DNA from: Nannocystis pusilla
GTDB lineage: Bacteria; Myxococcota_A; Polyangia; Nannocystales; Nannocystaceae
NCBI RefSeq assembly: GCF_020073745.1
Contig: NZ_JAIRAU010000047.1
Location: 93,990-157,989, forward strand
DNA: 64,000 nt
Reading direction: 5' to 3'
The translations under genes were made by a program, and so were the position numbers. Below, in pieces: positions 12,260 to 23,570 of this stretch. Within the stretch, counting starts at the first letter, position 1, and each line of letters starts with the position of its first letter. Below the pieces are notes generated by a model. That model was not told the origin of the DNA. It did no database searches and saw nothing but the letters and a program-made list of their open reading frames with translations.

Positions 12260-13768
12260 GTGGAAGCGCGGGACGACGCAGTCGACAGCTTGTGGCATGC
12301 TCCGGCCGTGCCCACGACCCTGAGCTTCGCCCCGACCATTCCCGCTCTGCTCCACGGCAGCCGCGCCGTCCTCGTCGTCGCGGCGGCCGGCGTCCTCACC
12401 GGCGAGTTGCCGGCGTTCCTGCCGGCGCCGGCGCAGTCGCTGCTCGCCGAACTCGCGCGGGACACCAAGCCGGGCGAGCTCGGAGCGGTATCCGGAACGC
12501 TGACCGGCCTGTCGGAGCCGCGCCGGTTGCTCCTCGGCGTGCTGCCCGACCACGGGTCTCGCTACAATTCGCCGAGTCGCGCCGAGAGCGTCCGCCGCGT
12601 GGTCGCCGGGGCGGACCTCGGCAGCACCAAGGCCGGCATCATCCTGATCCTGCCGGATCCGGCGCACCTGCTGGCCACCGTCAACGCGGTCGGCCGCGCT
12701 CTCCCGCTCTACTCGAGCAAGAGCGGCGCGAGCAGCGGCGCCGAGGTCCAGATCCTCGCGCTCGACCTCGCCGGTCAACCGATCCCGATCCCGCCCGAGG
12801 TCGAGTCGACGATGCACGCCACGCGGATCGCCGCGCTGCACGTGGATACGCCGCCGACCGAGCTCAATCCGGAGGAGTTCGCCGCGCGCGCGCGCGACCT
12901 GTTGACCGCGATTCCGCGGGTCGAGCTGCGCGAGATCGTCGGCGATGCCCTGCTCCAGGAGGGCCTCGCCGGCATCCACGCCGTCGGCCGCTGCGCGGTC
13001 AAGCCGCCGCGCGTGCTCATCGCCCAGTACACCCCGGCGGCCGGGGGCGGCCGCCCGATCGCGCTGGTCGGCAAGGGCATCACGTACGACACCGGCGGTC
13101 TCAGTCTCAAGCTCAGCGGCGCGATGAACTCGATGAAGGGCGACTGCGGCGGCGCAGCCGCCGTGCTCGGGGCCTTCTGCGTGCTGGCCGCCAATCATTG
13201 CAAGCACAAGCTCTCGCTGGTCCTCTGCATCGCCGAGAACGCCGTCGGCCCCGGCGCCTACAAGCCCGACGACATCCTCCGCATGCACTCCGGCAAGACC
13301 GTCGAGATCAACAACACCGACGCGGAGGGCCGCCTGCTGCTGGCCGACGGCGTCAGCTACGCCGCGCGAGCGCTCGGCGCCGAGGTCGTGTTCGACGCCG
13401 CCACCCTCACCGGCGCCCAGCTGATCTCGACCGGGCTGCTCCACGCCGCCATCGTCAGCAACGACGAGTTCCTCGAACAGACCATCATCGCCGCCGGCAA
13501 GCACTGCGGCGACCTCGTCCACCCGCTGCCGTTCGCGCCCGAGTTCTACAAGCAAGAATTCGAGAGTAATGTCGCAGATATGGTCAATTCTGTAAAGAAT
13601 CGCATGAACGCCCAGTCGGCCTGCGCGGCGCAGTTCGTCTACTGGCACATGGACGACACCAAGGCGTTGTGGTGCCACATCGACCTGGCGGGGCCGAGCT
13701 TCCCGAAGAACCGCGGCACGGGCTTCGGCGTGGCTCTGCTGTCGGAGACGATCCGCCGGATCCCCTGA
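12260..13768 (+). CDS. pepA: leucyl aminopeptidase, M17 family
   Basis: The M17 signature NTDAEGRL and VGKGITYDTGGLSLK are present. The true start may be the in-frame GTG near 12309. Confidence 0.85.
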   Translation: MEARDDAVDSLWHAPAVPTTLSFAPTIPALLHGSRAVLVVAAAGVLTGELPAFLPAPAQSLLAELARDTKPGELGAVSGTLTGLSEPRRLLLGVLPDHGSRYNSPSRAESVRRVVAGADLGSTKAGIILILPDPAHLLATVNAVGRALPLYSSKSGASSGAEVQILALDLAGQPIPIPPEVESTMHATRIAALHVDTPPTELNPEEFAARARDLLTAIPRVELREIVGDALLQEGLAGIHAVGRCAVKPPRVLIAQYTPAAGGGRPIALVGKGITYDTGGLSLKLSGAMNSMKGDCGGAAAVLGAFCVLAANHCKHKLSLVLCIAENAVGPGAYKPDDILRMHSGKTVEINNTDAEGRLLLADGVSYAARALGAEVVFDAATLTGAQLISTGLLHAAIVSNDEFLEQTIIAAGKHCGDLVHPLPFAPEFYKQEFESNVADMVNSVKNRMNAQSACAAQFVYWHMDDTKALWCHIDLAGPSFPKNRGTGFGVALLSETIRRIP

Positions 13769-13779
13769 GGAGGTGCGGC

Positions 13780-14466
13780 ATGTACGGCTACGGCAACTGG
13801 ACCCTGCCTGGCAGCTGGCACGCGGTGCTGGCCGACGAGATGGCCAAGCCATACTTCAAGGACCTCGTCGACTTCGTCAACTATGAGCGCGAAAACAATA
13901 CGGTTTATCCGACCGAGGAAGATGTCTTTCGCGCCTTCGAACTGACCCCCTTCGAGCAGGTCAAGGTCGTGTTGCTCGGGCAGGACCCGTACCACGACGA
14001 GGGTCAGGCCCACGGCCTGTGCTTCTCGGTCCTGCCGGGGGTCAAGCCGCCGGCCTCGCTGGCCAACATCTTCAAGGAGCTGGCCGCCGACCGCGGGTGC
14101 AGCGTCCCCCCGCACGGCAACCTGCAATCGTGGGCCGAGCAGGGCGTCCTCCTCCTCAACACCGTCCTCACCGTCCGCGCCCACACCCCCGGCTCGCACA
14201 AGAACAAGGGCTGGGAGAAGTTCACCGACGCCGTCATCCGCGCGCTCGGCGAGCGCAACGAGCCGGTGGTGTTCGCCCTGTGGGGTGACTTCGCCAGGAA
14301 GAAGGCCACCCTGGTCGACCAGCGCCGCCACCGCGTCGTGGTCGCCCCCCACCCCTCGCCGATCCTCGGCAAGGGTCCGAAGTTCCTCGGCAGCCGGCCG
14401 TTCTCGGCCATCAACACCGCGCTCGAGGACCTCGGCTACCCGGCGATCGACTGGCAAATCTTCTGA
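13780..14466 (+). CDS. ung: uracil-DNA glycosylase (family 1)
   Basis: GQDPYH and HPSPILG motifs are present. A GAGGAGG RBS lies 7 nt before the ATG at 13780. Confidence 0.9.
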   Translation: MYGYGNWTLPGSWHAVLADEMAKPYFKDLVDFVNYERENNTVYPTEEDVFRAFELTPFEQVKVVLLGQDPYHDEGQAHGLCFSVLPGVKPPASLANIFKELAADRGCSVPPHGNLQSWAEQGVLLLNTVLTVRAHTPGSHKNKGWEKFTDAVIRALGERNEPVVFALWGDFARKKATLVDQRRHRVVVAPHPSPILGKGPKFLGSRPFSAINTALEDLGYPAIDWQIF

Positions 14467-14479
14467 CAGTCGGGCGAGC

Positions 14480-14775
14480 CACGACCCCGGCCGTTGCCGG
14501 TGGTGGCAAAGCGCGACGACCTCCAGCCGCCGCCGCCGGCGATAGACGAAGAAATACGGCAGTCCGACGAGGAAACAACGACGAGTCCCGTACAGGTACG
14601 GCGGCCAGGCCTGGGGGAATCGAGCGATGTCATCGAGGGCCTTGCGGATAGCCCGCTCGACGCGTCGTACGTGGACCGGGCCGAGGCGCGCGGCAAAGCC
14701 GCGCGCCTCTTCGGTCTCGCGTTGCGCCTCCGGATGAAAGCCGACTCTTTTTCCCGGCTCAAACTCGCGCGTCAT
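14480..14775 (-). CDS. RelE/ParE-family toxin, apparently lacking an in-frame stop. The reading frame runs on antisense through ung to 13639.
   Basis: MTREFEPGKRVGFHPEAQRE...RRCFLVGLPYFFVYRRRRRLEVVALCHHRQRPGSW fits the RelE/ParE (TIGR02683-like) pattern. Homology ends near 14480 but no stop codon follows. The 3' end was set by homology. Confidence 0.55.
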
Positions 14776-14789
14776 GCTACGAAATCGGG

Positions 14790-14993
14790 ATGACGACCGA
14801 TTCTTTTGCAGGAGGCCCGCCGCGGATCCTCACGGACGCTGATGAGGTCACGCTGGCCAAGGCGCTGAAGCGCAGGTTGGCGGAGTTGGACCGCGGGGAA
14901 GTCGAGCTCATCCCCGCCGATCAGGTGCTGCGAGAAGTCTTTGGTCCTCCATCGCCGCAGAAGAAGCGCAAGAACGCGCGCACTTCGCGTTGA
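14790..14993 (+). CDS. putative addiction-module antitoxin component (TIGR02574-like), divergent from the toxin with a 14-bp gap
   Basis: The C-terminal LAKALKRRLAELDRGEVELIPADQVLREVFG pattern is typical of the TIGR02574 partner of RelE/ParE toxins. It is a 67-aa ORF. Confidence 0.5.
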   Translation: MTTDSFAGGPPRILTDADEVTLAKALKRRLAELDRGEVELIPADQVLREVFGPPSPQKKRKNARTSR

Positions 14994-15071
14994 GGCGGCC
15001 CGATCCGCAGAAATTTTGTCCTCGCCGAAGTCGGCATTTATCCTACATCACCCACACCGGAGTTTTGTCGG

Positions 15072-15455
15072 ATGACGCACGAACGACGCCAAGATCGCAG
15101 CGAAAACCCCTGCCTCGCCGGGGATCTCTACCTCCGGGCGGTCGCCCAGCGGACCGGCCTGGAGCACCTCACGCTCGCCACGCATGAGGGCCTGCTCCTC
15201 GCGGGCGCGGGTGACAAGGACCTCGGCAATCGCGTCGCCGCGGTCGCCCCCCTCTACGTCGAGGAGCCTGCGTCCCTGCGCGCCGGTCTCATCGACGAGC
15301 TGACCGACGGCCAGCCGATGCAGGTGTGGCGCGTCACCGTCCGCGACCGGCCCTTCTACCTCATCGGCTTCGGCACGCTCACCGACATGTCCGAAGAGGT
15401 CCAGGACGCCTTCGACCGGATCTTCGCCCGCCCCACGCCGCGGGCAGCGAACTGA
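15072..15455 (+). CDS. hypothetical protein (possible Roadblock/LC7-like small regulatory fold)
   Basis: The 127-aa ORF has a codon-usage-consistent frame and a strong hairpin immediately downstream. Similarity to MglB/Roadblock (…THEGLLLAGAGD…) is weak. Confidence 0.45.
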   Translation: MTHERRQDRSENPCLAGDLYLRAVAQRTGLEHLTLATHEGLLLAGAGDKDLGNRVAAVAPLYVEEPASLRAGLIDELTDGQPMQVWRVTVRDRPFYLIGFGTLTDMSEEVQDAFDRIFARPTPRAAN

Positions 15456-15484
15456 GATCCTCCTCGCGTCACGACGCGCGCTCC

Positions 15485-15522
15485 GAGAGCCGCGACGTTT
15501 GGCGTCGCGGCTCTTTGCGTTG
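15485..15522 (+). terminator. intrinsic-terminator-like hairpin gagagccgcgacg-tttgg-cgtcgcggctct followed by ttgcgttg
   Basis: A perfect 12-bp stem starts 30 nt after the stop of the 15072-15455 ORF. Confidence 0.6.
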
Positions 15523-15765
15523 CACGAGCCGCCGAGCTGCGACGCACCTCCTCGGCGCGACCTGTCCGCGTCTCGTCTCGCCGTGAGTCGCCGGCGTTCT
15601 CGTCACGCGGCTTGCGTCTCGCGCGCCTCGCCTCGTCATCTCCCACGCTCCGCGTCTCTCGCGGCAACCTCTCGACGCGCCGCGTCATGTGGCTCGCCTC
15701 AACGTCGCCGCGCTGCGAGCCGCCGCGCACCGACGCGCTCGCCATCACCTCGCGTCTCGCGATCG

Positions 15766-15795
15766 GAGCCGCGACGATCCCTCGTCGCGGCTCCT
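15766..15795 (-). terminator. hairpin ggagccgcgacga-tccc-tcgtcgcggctcc (13-bp stem) downstream of the minus-strand lipoprotein gene. It shares the GAGCCGCGACG stem sequence with the 15485 hairpin.
   Basis: A perfect inverted repeat lies 23 nt past the stop at 15818. No U-tract follows, which is common in high-GC genomes. Confidence 0.45.
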
Positions 15796-15817
15796 CGTCG
15801 CGGCGGCGTCTCGCCTC

Positions 15818-16762
15818 TCAGCTCGGGATCACGCAGACACCGACGTCATCGGTGCCCGGCGGTGGGTCGGCGAAGAACGGCACGCAGTCTTCGCTCGGGG
15901 CGCAGTCGGCGTCGCCACCGGACACCGAGCAGAAGGGCGTGCAGCAGCCGGTCGAGCCCTCGTCGCAGCCTTCGACCGTCTCGGCGGCCTGGCAGCTGAA
16001 GCCCGCGAGGCAGGCGTTGGTGTACTCGCAGGGGGAGTTGTCGTCGCCGGTGTTGGCGCCCGTGTCGGGCGAGAAGCAGATGAAGCCGCCGAACGACGCG
16101 TCGCCGTAGCAGCCCTGCATGCCTTCGCAGTCCTGCAGCAGCGGGTCGCACGACTTCAGGCAGATCGGCAGCACGCCCTCGTTGGCCGTCTCGAGGCAGA
16201 GTTCACCGTCGCCGCAGCTGTTGCCCTCGCCGCAGTACGCCGTGCACGTGCCGCCTTGACCGGTCTGGAAGTCGAAGTTGAGGCAGATCGTGCCCTTCGA
16301 GCAGTTGTCGAGCCCGCTGAAGACCGACTCGCCGGGGTTGATGTTGCACGGGTCGCCGACGACGCCGCCGTTCACCGGCTCCTCGACGCACTTGTTGGCG
16401 TCCCAGTAGTTCATCGCCATCGAGTCGTAGGCCACGCACTTCTGGCCTTCGGGACAGTCCTGGGTCTTCGGGTTGCACATGCTCGTGCCGCCCTCGGTCG
16501 TCGGGTCAGTGGTCGTCGGCGCCTCGGTGTCGGCCTCCGTGCTCGTGCCCGTCGGGCTCGTCGATTCCGTCATCGACCCGGTCGTCGGCCCGGTCGTCGG
16601 CCCCGTGTTCGACTCCGTCCCCGGATCCGTCCCCGGATCCGTCGTCGGAGTGCTCGTGTCGGTCTCGGTGTCTTGCCCCTTCTCGCCGCACCCCGCGGTC
16701 AGCAGCGCGCCGACGAGCGCGGCAATGCCCAAGCCCTTCACGGTTCCCAGCTTCTCAATCAT
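15818..16762 (-). CDS. Cys-rich secreted lipoprotein with Thr/Pro-rich linker (hypothetical)
   Basis: A lipobox (LLTAGCG) is followed by a TDPGTDPGTESNTGPTTGPTTG linker and about 30 Cys in the C-terminal half. An upstream TTGACT-N18-GATAAA sigma-70-like promoter lies at ~16770-16800. Confidence 0.6.
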   Translation of the reverse strand: MIEKLGTVKGLGIAALVGALLTAGCGEKGQDTETDTSTPTTDPGTDPGTESNTGPTTGPTTGSMTESTSPTGTSTEADTEAPTTTDPTTEGGTSMCNPKTQDCPEGQKCVAYDSMAMNYWDANKCVEEPVNGGVVGDPCNINPGESVFSGLDNCSKGTICLNFDFQTGQGGTCTAYCGEGNSCGDGELCLETANEGVLPICLKSCDPLLQDCEGMQGCYGDASFGGFICFSPDTGANTGDDNSPCEYTNACLAGFSCQAAETVEGCDEGSTGCCTPFCSVSGGDADCAPSEDCVPFFADPPPGTDDVGVCVIPS

Positions 16763-16902
16763 GGCGATTTTTATCGCGTGCCGGCTGCGCGGCAGTCAAC
16801 GCCTGCATCCGCGCGGCGCTGCTCCAGCCCCTGCTCTCGCGGCTCCAGCGCCGACGCAGCGGCGCGCCAACGCACCGTCTCATTTTGATACACTCGGCAC
16901 GG

Positions 16903-18456
<1,554 letters not shown>

Positions 18457-18596
18457 GCCCCGGCTCCAGCGCCGTTCGCGGCACCTGTCTCATCACGATC
18501 CACGTGTATCGTTTCGATGCACCCGCGCGCGTGGCTCGACGCGCGGCCGCGGGCGCGGCCCCGGGCAACGTCGCGTCCGGCGCCCGCCGCGGTCGC

Positions 18597-18612
18597 TGGC
18601 ACGGCGCCTGCT
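18597..18612 (+). promoter_or_regulatory. sigma-54 (-24/-12) promoter TGGCACggcgccTGCT upstream of the flotillin gene
   Basis: This matches TGGCAC-N5-TTGCW with exact GG-N10-GC spacing. It lies 27 nt upstream of the AGGAG RBS and ATG at 18639. Confidence 0.55.
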
Positions 18613-18638
18613 AAGTGGCCTCGCGCAGGAGTCGAACG

Positions 18639-20210
18639 ATGACCACCAAGCCCGCCACCACCACGCCCGCCACCCCCGACAGCCAATGGCGCCAGGGCAA
18701 GCCTGTGGAGGACCCCGAGAAGATGAAGCGCTGGGGCTTCATCACCGCCAAGCCGTCCGAGTACCTCATCCACGTGCGCCGCGGACGGATCCGGCGCGCC
18801 AGCACCGGTCAGGGCGCGAGCTGCTTCAAGTGGCCGTGGGACAGCGTGGCCGTCATCCCGACCACCATCAACCGCCTGCAGTTCACCGCCGACCAGGTCA
18901 CGCTCGAGAAGGTCGGCGTGCAGATCACCGGCCTCGCCGTTTACCGGATCGCCGAGCCGGAGCTGACCTTCCGCATGCTCAACTTCTCCTACAGCGAGCG
19001 CGCGCAGGAGAAGCTCGGCGAGATCCTCACCGAGATGTTCGTCGGCGCCACCCGGCGCCTGGTCGCCAACCTGCGCGTCGAGGACGCCATGACCCGGCGC
19101 AAGGAGTCGATCGCGCGCGAGCTGATGGCGGAGCTCGTGCCGATCGTCGAGGGCCGCGGCCGCACCGACGACACCACCGCCACCGGCTGGGGCGTGGTCA
19201 TCGACACCGTCGAGATCCAGAACGTGCAGATCCTGTCGGACACCGTGTTCCAGGACATGCAGGCCAGGTTCCGCGCCGAGCTGGCCCTGCGCGCGCGCAT
19301 GGCCGAGATGGAGAGCGCCCGCGAGATCGCCACCCTCGAGGCGACCTCGTCGCGCCAGATCGAGGAGGCCAGGATCGCCAGCGAGACCGCCACGCGCGAG
19401 CTCAAGGCCCAGGCCGAGAGCCGCACCATGCAGATCGAGCTGGCCGAGGCCGCCAAGCGCGACGAGATCGAGGCGCGCGCCGCCGAGGAGCAGCGCGTGC
19501 GCGACCAGATGCGCCTGTTCGCCGAGCTCAAGGGCTCCACCGAGCTCGCCGAGGAGCGAGCCGCACGCGAGCAGGCGCGGGCCCTCGCCGAGCTCAAGGC
19601 CGCCACCGAGCTCGCCGAGGAGCGAGGCGCGCGCGAGCAGGCGCGCCTGCTCGGCGAGCTGCGGGCCAAGACCCAGATCGAGCAGGAGAAGGCCGCCCAG
19701 GCCGAGGCCGTGCGGCTGGCCCAGCTCGCGCGCGAGCGCAAGTACGCCGAGGCCGAGCGCCAGCTGCTCGAGGTCAAGCACACCACGCAGCAGCGCGAGG
19801 TCGAGCTGGCCGCCCAGCTGGCGCTGAACCGCAGCAAGGCCAGCACCGAGCTCAAGGACCTCGAGAGCGCCGCCGCCGCGCGGCTCAAGGAGCGCGAGCT
19901 GCAGCTCGAGCGCCTCGCCGGCGAGGTCCGGGCCGCCGTGGCCCGGGCCGCCCGCGAGGTCGACAACCTCGTCTCCGACGACCGGATCCGCATGGCCCTG
20001 GTCGAGACCGGCCTGCCCGCGATCGCCGGCGCGTTCGCGCAGAAGTTCGGCGAGGTCAAGATCACCTCGTTCGGCGACGGCGCCGACCCCTCCGCCATGG
20101 TCGCCCGCGGGATCGGCGAGGTCCTCGCGCTCGCCCGCAAGGTCGGCACCGACCTGCTCGCCACGCCGGCCGCGCCTGTCCCTGCGGACAGCAGCCAGCC
20201 GGACCGGTGA
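18639..20210 (+). CDS. flotillin-like SPFH/Band-7 domain protein
   Basis: An SPFH N-terminal region is followed by a long Ala/Glu-rich coiled coil with EA repeats ([20 protein letters not shown]…), typical of flotillins. In-frame start alternatives exist at 18615 and 18723. Confidence 0.75.
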   Translation: MTTKPATTTPATPDSQWRQGKPVEDPEKMKRWGFITAKPSEYLIHVRRGRIRRASTGQGASCFKWPWDSVAVIPTTINRLQFTADQVTLEKVGVQITGLAVYRIAEPELTFRMLNFSYSERAQEKLGEILTEMFVGATRRLVANLRVEDAMTRRKESIARELMAELVPIVEGRGRTDDTTATGWGVVIDTVEIQNVQILSDTVFQDMQARFRAELALRARMAEMESAREIATLEATSSRQIEEARIASETATRELKAQAESRTMQIELAEAAKRDEIEARAAEEQRVRDQMRLFAELKGSTELAEERAAREQARALAELKAATELAEERGAREQARLLGELRAKTQIEQEKAAQAEAVRLAQLARERKYAEAERQLLEVKHTTQQREVELAAQLALNRSKASTELKDLESAAAARLKERELQLERLAGEVRAAVARAAREVDNLVSDDRIRMALVETGLPAIAGAFAQKFGEVKITSFGDGADPSAMVARGIGEVLALARKVGTDLLATPAAPVPADSSQPDR

Positions 20211-20510
20211 AGGTCGTCGCCCCACATGTCCCGAGAGACAGCCCGACCCCTGTGGCGGGCGGCGCCCCACGCCCTGTCTCTTCGGACATCCCAGATCGCC
20301 CGCGCGGAGCGCCGGGCCCATCGTCACGCGCGTCGCCTGTCTTTCTGGACATGTCCTCGCGCGCCGTACGGGCGGCGCCTGCGCGGCTCCTCGCGGCTCG
20401 CCCGGCTCCTTCGTCGCCGCGCCGGCGGCCACCCCCCTGCCCTCCGCCCTCGCGCGGCGCGACCGGTTGACCGGCACCGCGGGCGGTCCACGTTTGCAGC
20501 ACGACGACCG

Positions 20511-21119
20511 ATGCTGCCCGCCTCGACCTCGCCCGCGACGCCGCGCTGGACCTGTCTCTTGCGACAGGCCATTGTCGCGCTGTCGATGGCCGCCTGCGAC
20601 CTCTCGTCCGGCGACGACGACGCCGACACCCGTGAGTCTGTCGCCTGCCCCCTCAACGACCGGTGGGAGCCGAACGACGACCCCGACGATCCGACCGACA
20701 TCACCTGGGACTCGGCCGACGAGGCGTCGGTCTGGCACGAGGTCGACGGCGCCTACCTGTGCCCCGGCGAGGACGACTGGTACCGCTTCAAGGTCGCCGG
20801 CCTCGACTACGACGCGCACTACCTCCTCGTCCGCGCGCTGGTGAAGGACGCCGGCCTGTGCGGCGCCGCCTGCGGGGAGCCGGTGATCGCTGCCGGCCCC
20901 GAGCACGCCATGACGATCGAGGTCTACCGCGCCGACACCCGCGAGCCGCTGATCGCCCACACCGCCGACGGCGGCGTGCTCGCGCTCGCCGGCTCCGGCG
21001 ATGAATACGCCGATGGCTTGCTCCTCCGCGTCCACAGCGACACGCCGACCGCCGAGTACCCGTACCGGCTGAGCGTCTCCGTGCGCAACTACGAAGGCGA
21101 GGACGAGTGTGAGTGCTGA
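20511..21119 (+). CDS. hypothetical acidic lipoprotein (Cys-containing C-terminus ending EDECEC)
   Basis: A lipobox (IVALSMAAC) is present. The upstream part of the 297-aa ORF (20226-20510) overlaps three GGACATGTCC-type motifs and is probably 5' non-coding. Confidence 0.5.
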   Translation: MLPASTSPATPRWTCLLRQAIVALSMAACDLSSGDDDADTRESVACPLNDRWEPNDDPDDPTDITWDSADEASVWHEVDGAYLCPGEDDWYRFKVAGLDYDAHYLLVRALVKDAGLCGAACGEPVIAAGPEHAMTIEVYRADTREPLIAHTADGGVLALAGSGDEYADGLLLRVHSDTPTAEYPYRLSVSVRNYEGEDECEC

Positions 21120-22134
21120 GCCCGCACCGTGGCGCGCCGCGATCGTGGCCCTCACCGGCCTCGCGCTGACCTGCGGCGCGCCGACGCCCACCGAGCCGAC
21201 CGCCACCGTCGACGAGGTCATTCGCGATCGCGTCGACGTCCACGTCCACCTCGTCGGCGGCGCCGTCGACGAGCTGCTCGCCGCGCTCGACCGCCAGGCG
21301 ATCGCCGCCGCCGTCGTCATCGCCTCGCCGCACCTCGATCCCGCCCTCGGCCTCGATCCGGGCCGCGACGCCCGCCTGCGCGGCTGGCGGGAGGCCAACG
21401 AGGCCCTGCTCGCCGCCACCGCCGACCACCGCGATCGCCTGTTCCCCTTCATCACCGTCGAGCCGGCCGAGGTCGGCATCGCCGAGCTCGAGCGCTGGTT
21501 TCAGCGCGGCGCTCGGGGGGTCAAGCTCTACGCCGGCCACCAGGAGCTGCACGCGCGCCCGCTCGACGACCCGGCCCACGCCTCGCTGTTCGAGTGGCTC
21601 GAGCATCACTCCGTCCCCGTGCTCGCCCACGTCAACACCGTCCGCTACCGCGACGAGCTGGCCCGGCTCCTGCGCGCCCACCCGCGGCTCGAGCTGGTGT
21701 GCGCCCACCTGTGCGGCAGCCGGACCGACCTCGATCGCCTGGCCGGCCTCCTGCGCGAGTTCCCGCGGCTGCGCGTCGACACCAGCCACGGCGCCGGCCT
21801 GCCCGGCGTCGACGGCTTCACCGCGATCGAGACCGACCGCGATCGCCTGCGCGCCCTCATCGAGGTCCAGCCCGAGCGCTTCCTGTTCGGCTCCGACCTC
21901 GTCACCGCCCGGGCGGCGGGCCGCGACGCCGGCGCCGCGCGCGAGTGGGACCTGCAGCTGTCCGCCAACCTCGGGTTACTCGAGCGCGAGCGCTTCGAGT
22001 TTTGGCGCCACAGCGCCCGGATCGGCGCGTTCACCCCCGGCGTCTACCACGGCCTCGCGCTCGCCGACCCCGCGGTCTCGCGCGTCCTCGGCGGCAACGC
22101 CCGCGCCTGGCTCGGCGCCTACCGCCGCGAGTGA
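21109..22134 (+). CDS. amidohydrolase-2 family (TIM-barrel metal-dependent hydrolase) lipoprotein
   Basis: The His-rich motif VDVHVHLVGG, ...HVNTVRY... and VDTSHG... indicate an amidohydrolase. A lipobox (LALTCGAP) is present. Confidence 0.65.
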   Translation: MSAEPAPWRAAIVALTGLALTCGAPTPTEPTATVDEVIRDRVDVHVHLVGGAVDELLAALDRQAIAAAVVIASPHLDPALGLDPGRDARLRGWREANEALLAATADHRDRLFPFITVEPAEVGIAELERWFQRGARGVKLYAGHQELHARPLDDPAHASLFEWLEHHSVPVLAHVNTVRYRDELARLLRAHPRLELVCAHLCGSRTDLDRLAGLLREFPRLRVDTSHGAGLPGVDGFTAIETDRDRLRALIEVQPERFLFGSDLVTARAAGRDAGAAREWDLQLSANLGLLERERFEFWRHSARIGAFTPGVYHGLALADPAVSRVLGGNARAWLGAYRRE

Positions 22135-22137
22135 CGC

Positions 22138-23508
22138 CTACTCATCGGACTCTTCGGACATGTCCGATTCGCCATCCGGGCCGAGCTCGAGGTCGATCAC
22201 GATCGGGTTGTGATCCGACACCAGCTTGCCCTCGGCGACCGGCCGCTCGATGACCTGCGGCGCGCGCGGGCGCAGCCCCTTGCCGGCGAACCAGTCGACG
22301 CGCAGCGGCACCCGCCCGCCCCACGGCGCCAGCCGGCGCTCGAGGTACGTCCACATCACCCGGCGCATCGCCTTCGGCATGTAGTCGAGCGCCTTGCGGA
22401 AGATCTCGGGGTCGTAGATGTCGTAGTAGATGGTCCCGCGGGTGAAGTCGTTGAAGCCGTCGATCTCGAACCCGCCCTCGCGCATCGCCGCGAACACCGC
22501 CCGCTCGAAGTGCTCCTCCGGCTTCATGTACTGGGCCGCCATGCCCTCGATGCCGAAGCGTGTCAGCTTGTAGAAGAAGTTGTAGGCCAGGCCGCGGCCG
22601 CTGCTCAGGTCGTACGTGTTGGTGTTGAGGTCGCCGCCGAGGAGCATGCGCTCGCCGCCGAACTCGCGCAGGCGCGCCACGATCTCGCGGATGTGGCGGG
22701 CCCGGTCGCGCGGGCCGGCGAACGGGTCGAGGTGGACCAGCGCGACCGTCAGCGGCCCGTCGGGCAGCAGCAGCTCGCACAGCAGCGCGCGCTTGTTGCC
22801 GATCCGCTTCTCCGTCGCGTGGAACTTGTCGCGCCGCTCGTGCAGCTCAACCGCCTCGAAGCGCAGCACCGGGAAGCGGGTCAGCAGGGCGCAGCCGTGC
22901 ATCGCCTTGGTGTTCGGCACCCCGTGGCCACGCTCGCCGCGGTCGCCCTCGACCAGCACGATGTGATAGTTGGCGAACACGTAGCCCATGCCGAGCGCGT
23001 GGGCCAGCTCCTTGGGCACGTTGCGGTTGCCCGAGCGGCCCATGCCGATGTCGACCTCGGTCAGCAGCAGCAGATCGGCCGCGCTCAGCTCGGGGTCGGA
23101 GGTCAGGAGCGTGTGGAGGCCCTCGAAGCGCTTCCCGCGCTCCACGTTCCAGGCGACCGCGCGGACGGTCCCCGGCCGCCGCGGCGTCAGCGAGTGGCCG
23201 AGCGTCGGCTCCAGATCCCACTCGAAGCCGCGGAGGACCCGCTCCAGCTGCGGGCGGATCGTGCGGAACACCGGGTCTCGCTCCAGGCGCCGGCGCGTGC
23301 GGATCCGGGCGATGTGGGCCAGCGCGTCGGTGAAGTCGTGGTCGAGCTGCGAGCGGAGCGGGAGGGGACCTGGCTCGGAGACCAGGTTAGGATAGGCGAA
23401 GAGATTCGTCGGCACGCGCCTCCCCGGGTCGGACAGATCGGTACCAGATCGCCGGGGCGCTGTCCTGGTCTGCCCCCGCGCGCCTCGGGCAATTTCGATC
23501 TCGCTCAC
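22138..23508 (-). CDS. endonuclease/exonuclease/phosphatase (EEP) family protein
   Basis: An EEP core (AWNVERG...LLLLTEVD...LVHLDPF...GGDLNTNTYD...SDHNPIVIDL) is present. The acidic C-terminal tail ...SDMSEESDE contains a GGACATGTCC copy. Confidence 0.7.
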   Translation of the reverse strand: MSEIEIARGARGQTRTAPRRSGTDLSDPGRRVPTNLFAYPNLVSEPGPLPLRSQLDHDFTDALAHIARIRTRRRLERDPVFRTIRPQLERVLRGFEWDLEPTLGHSLTPRRPGTVRAVAWNVERGKRFEGLHTLLTSDPELSAADLLLLTEVDIGMGRSGNRNVPKELAHALGMGYVFANYHIVLVEGDRGERGHGVPNTKAMHGCALLTRFPVLRFEAVELHERRDKFHATEKRIGNKRALLCELLLPDGPLTVALVHLDPFAGPRDRARHIREIVARLREFGGERMLLGGDLNTNTYDLSSGRGLAYNFFYKLTRFGIEGMAAQYMKPEEHFERAVFAAMREGGFEIDGFNDFTRGTIYYDIYDPEIFRKALDYMPKAMRRVMWTYLERRLAPWGGRVPLRVDWFAGKGLRPRAPQVIERPVAEGKLVSDHNPIVIDLELGPDGESDMSEESDE

Positions 23509-23570
23509 GGCCGCGCGGTACGCGGGGCGGAGACCCGTGGATCGCCCGCGACCCGGGTTATTCTTGTCGC

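Noticed and set aside
14494-14793. 99-aa plus-strand ORF between ung and the antitoxin
   Set aside because: It is antisense to the better-supported ParE-like toxin and has no motif support.
15499-16109. 166- and 165-aa plus-strand ORFs in the 15.5-16.1 kb region
   Set aside because: They are Ser/Arg/Pro-rich and overlap the hairpin-rich intergenic region and the antisense of the Cys-rich lipoprotein gene.
20226-20510. N-terminal 95 aa of the 297-aa ORF ([10 protein letters not shown]…)
   Set aside because: It is Arg-rich low complexity and overlaps three GGACATGTCC motifs. The lipoprotein signal begins at the internal Met at 20511.
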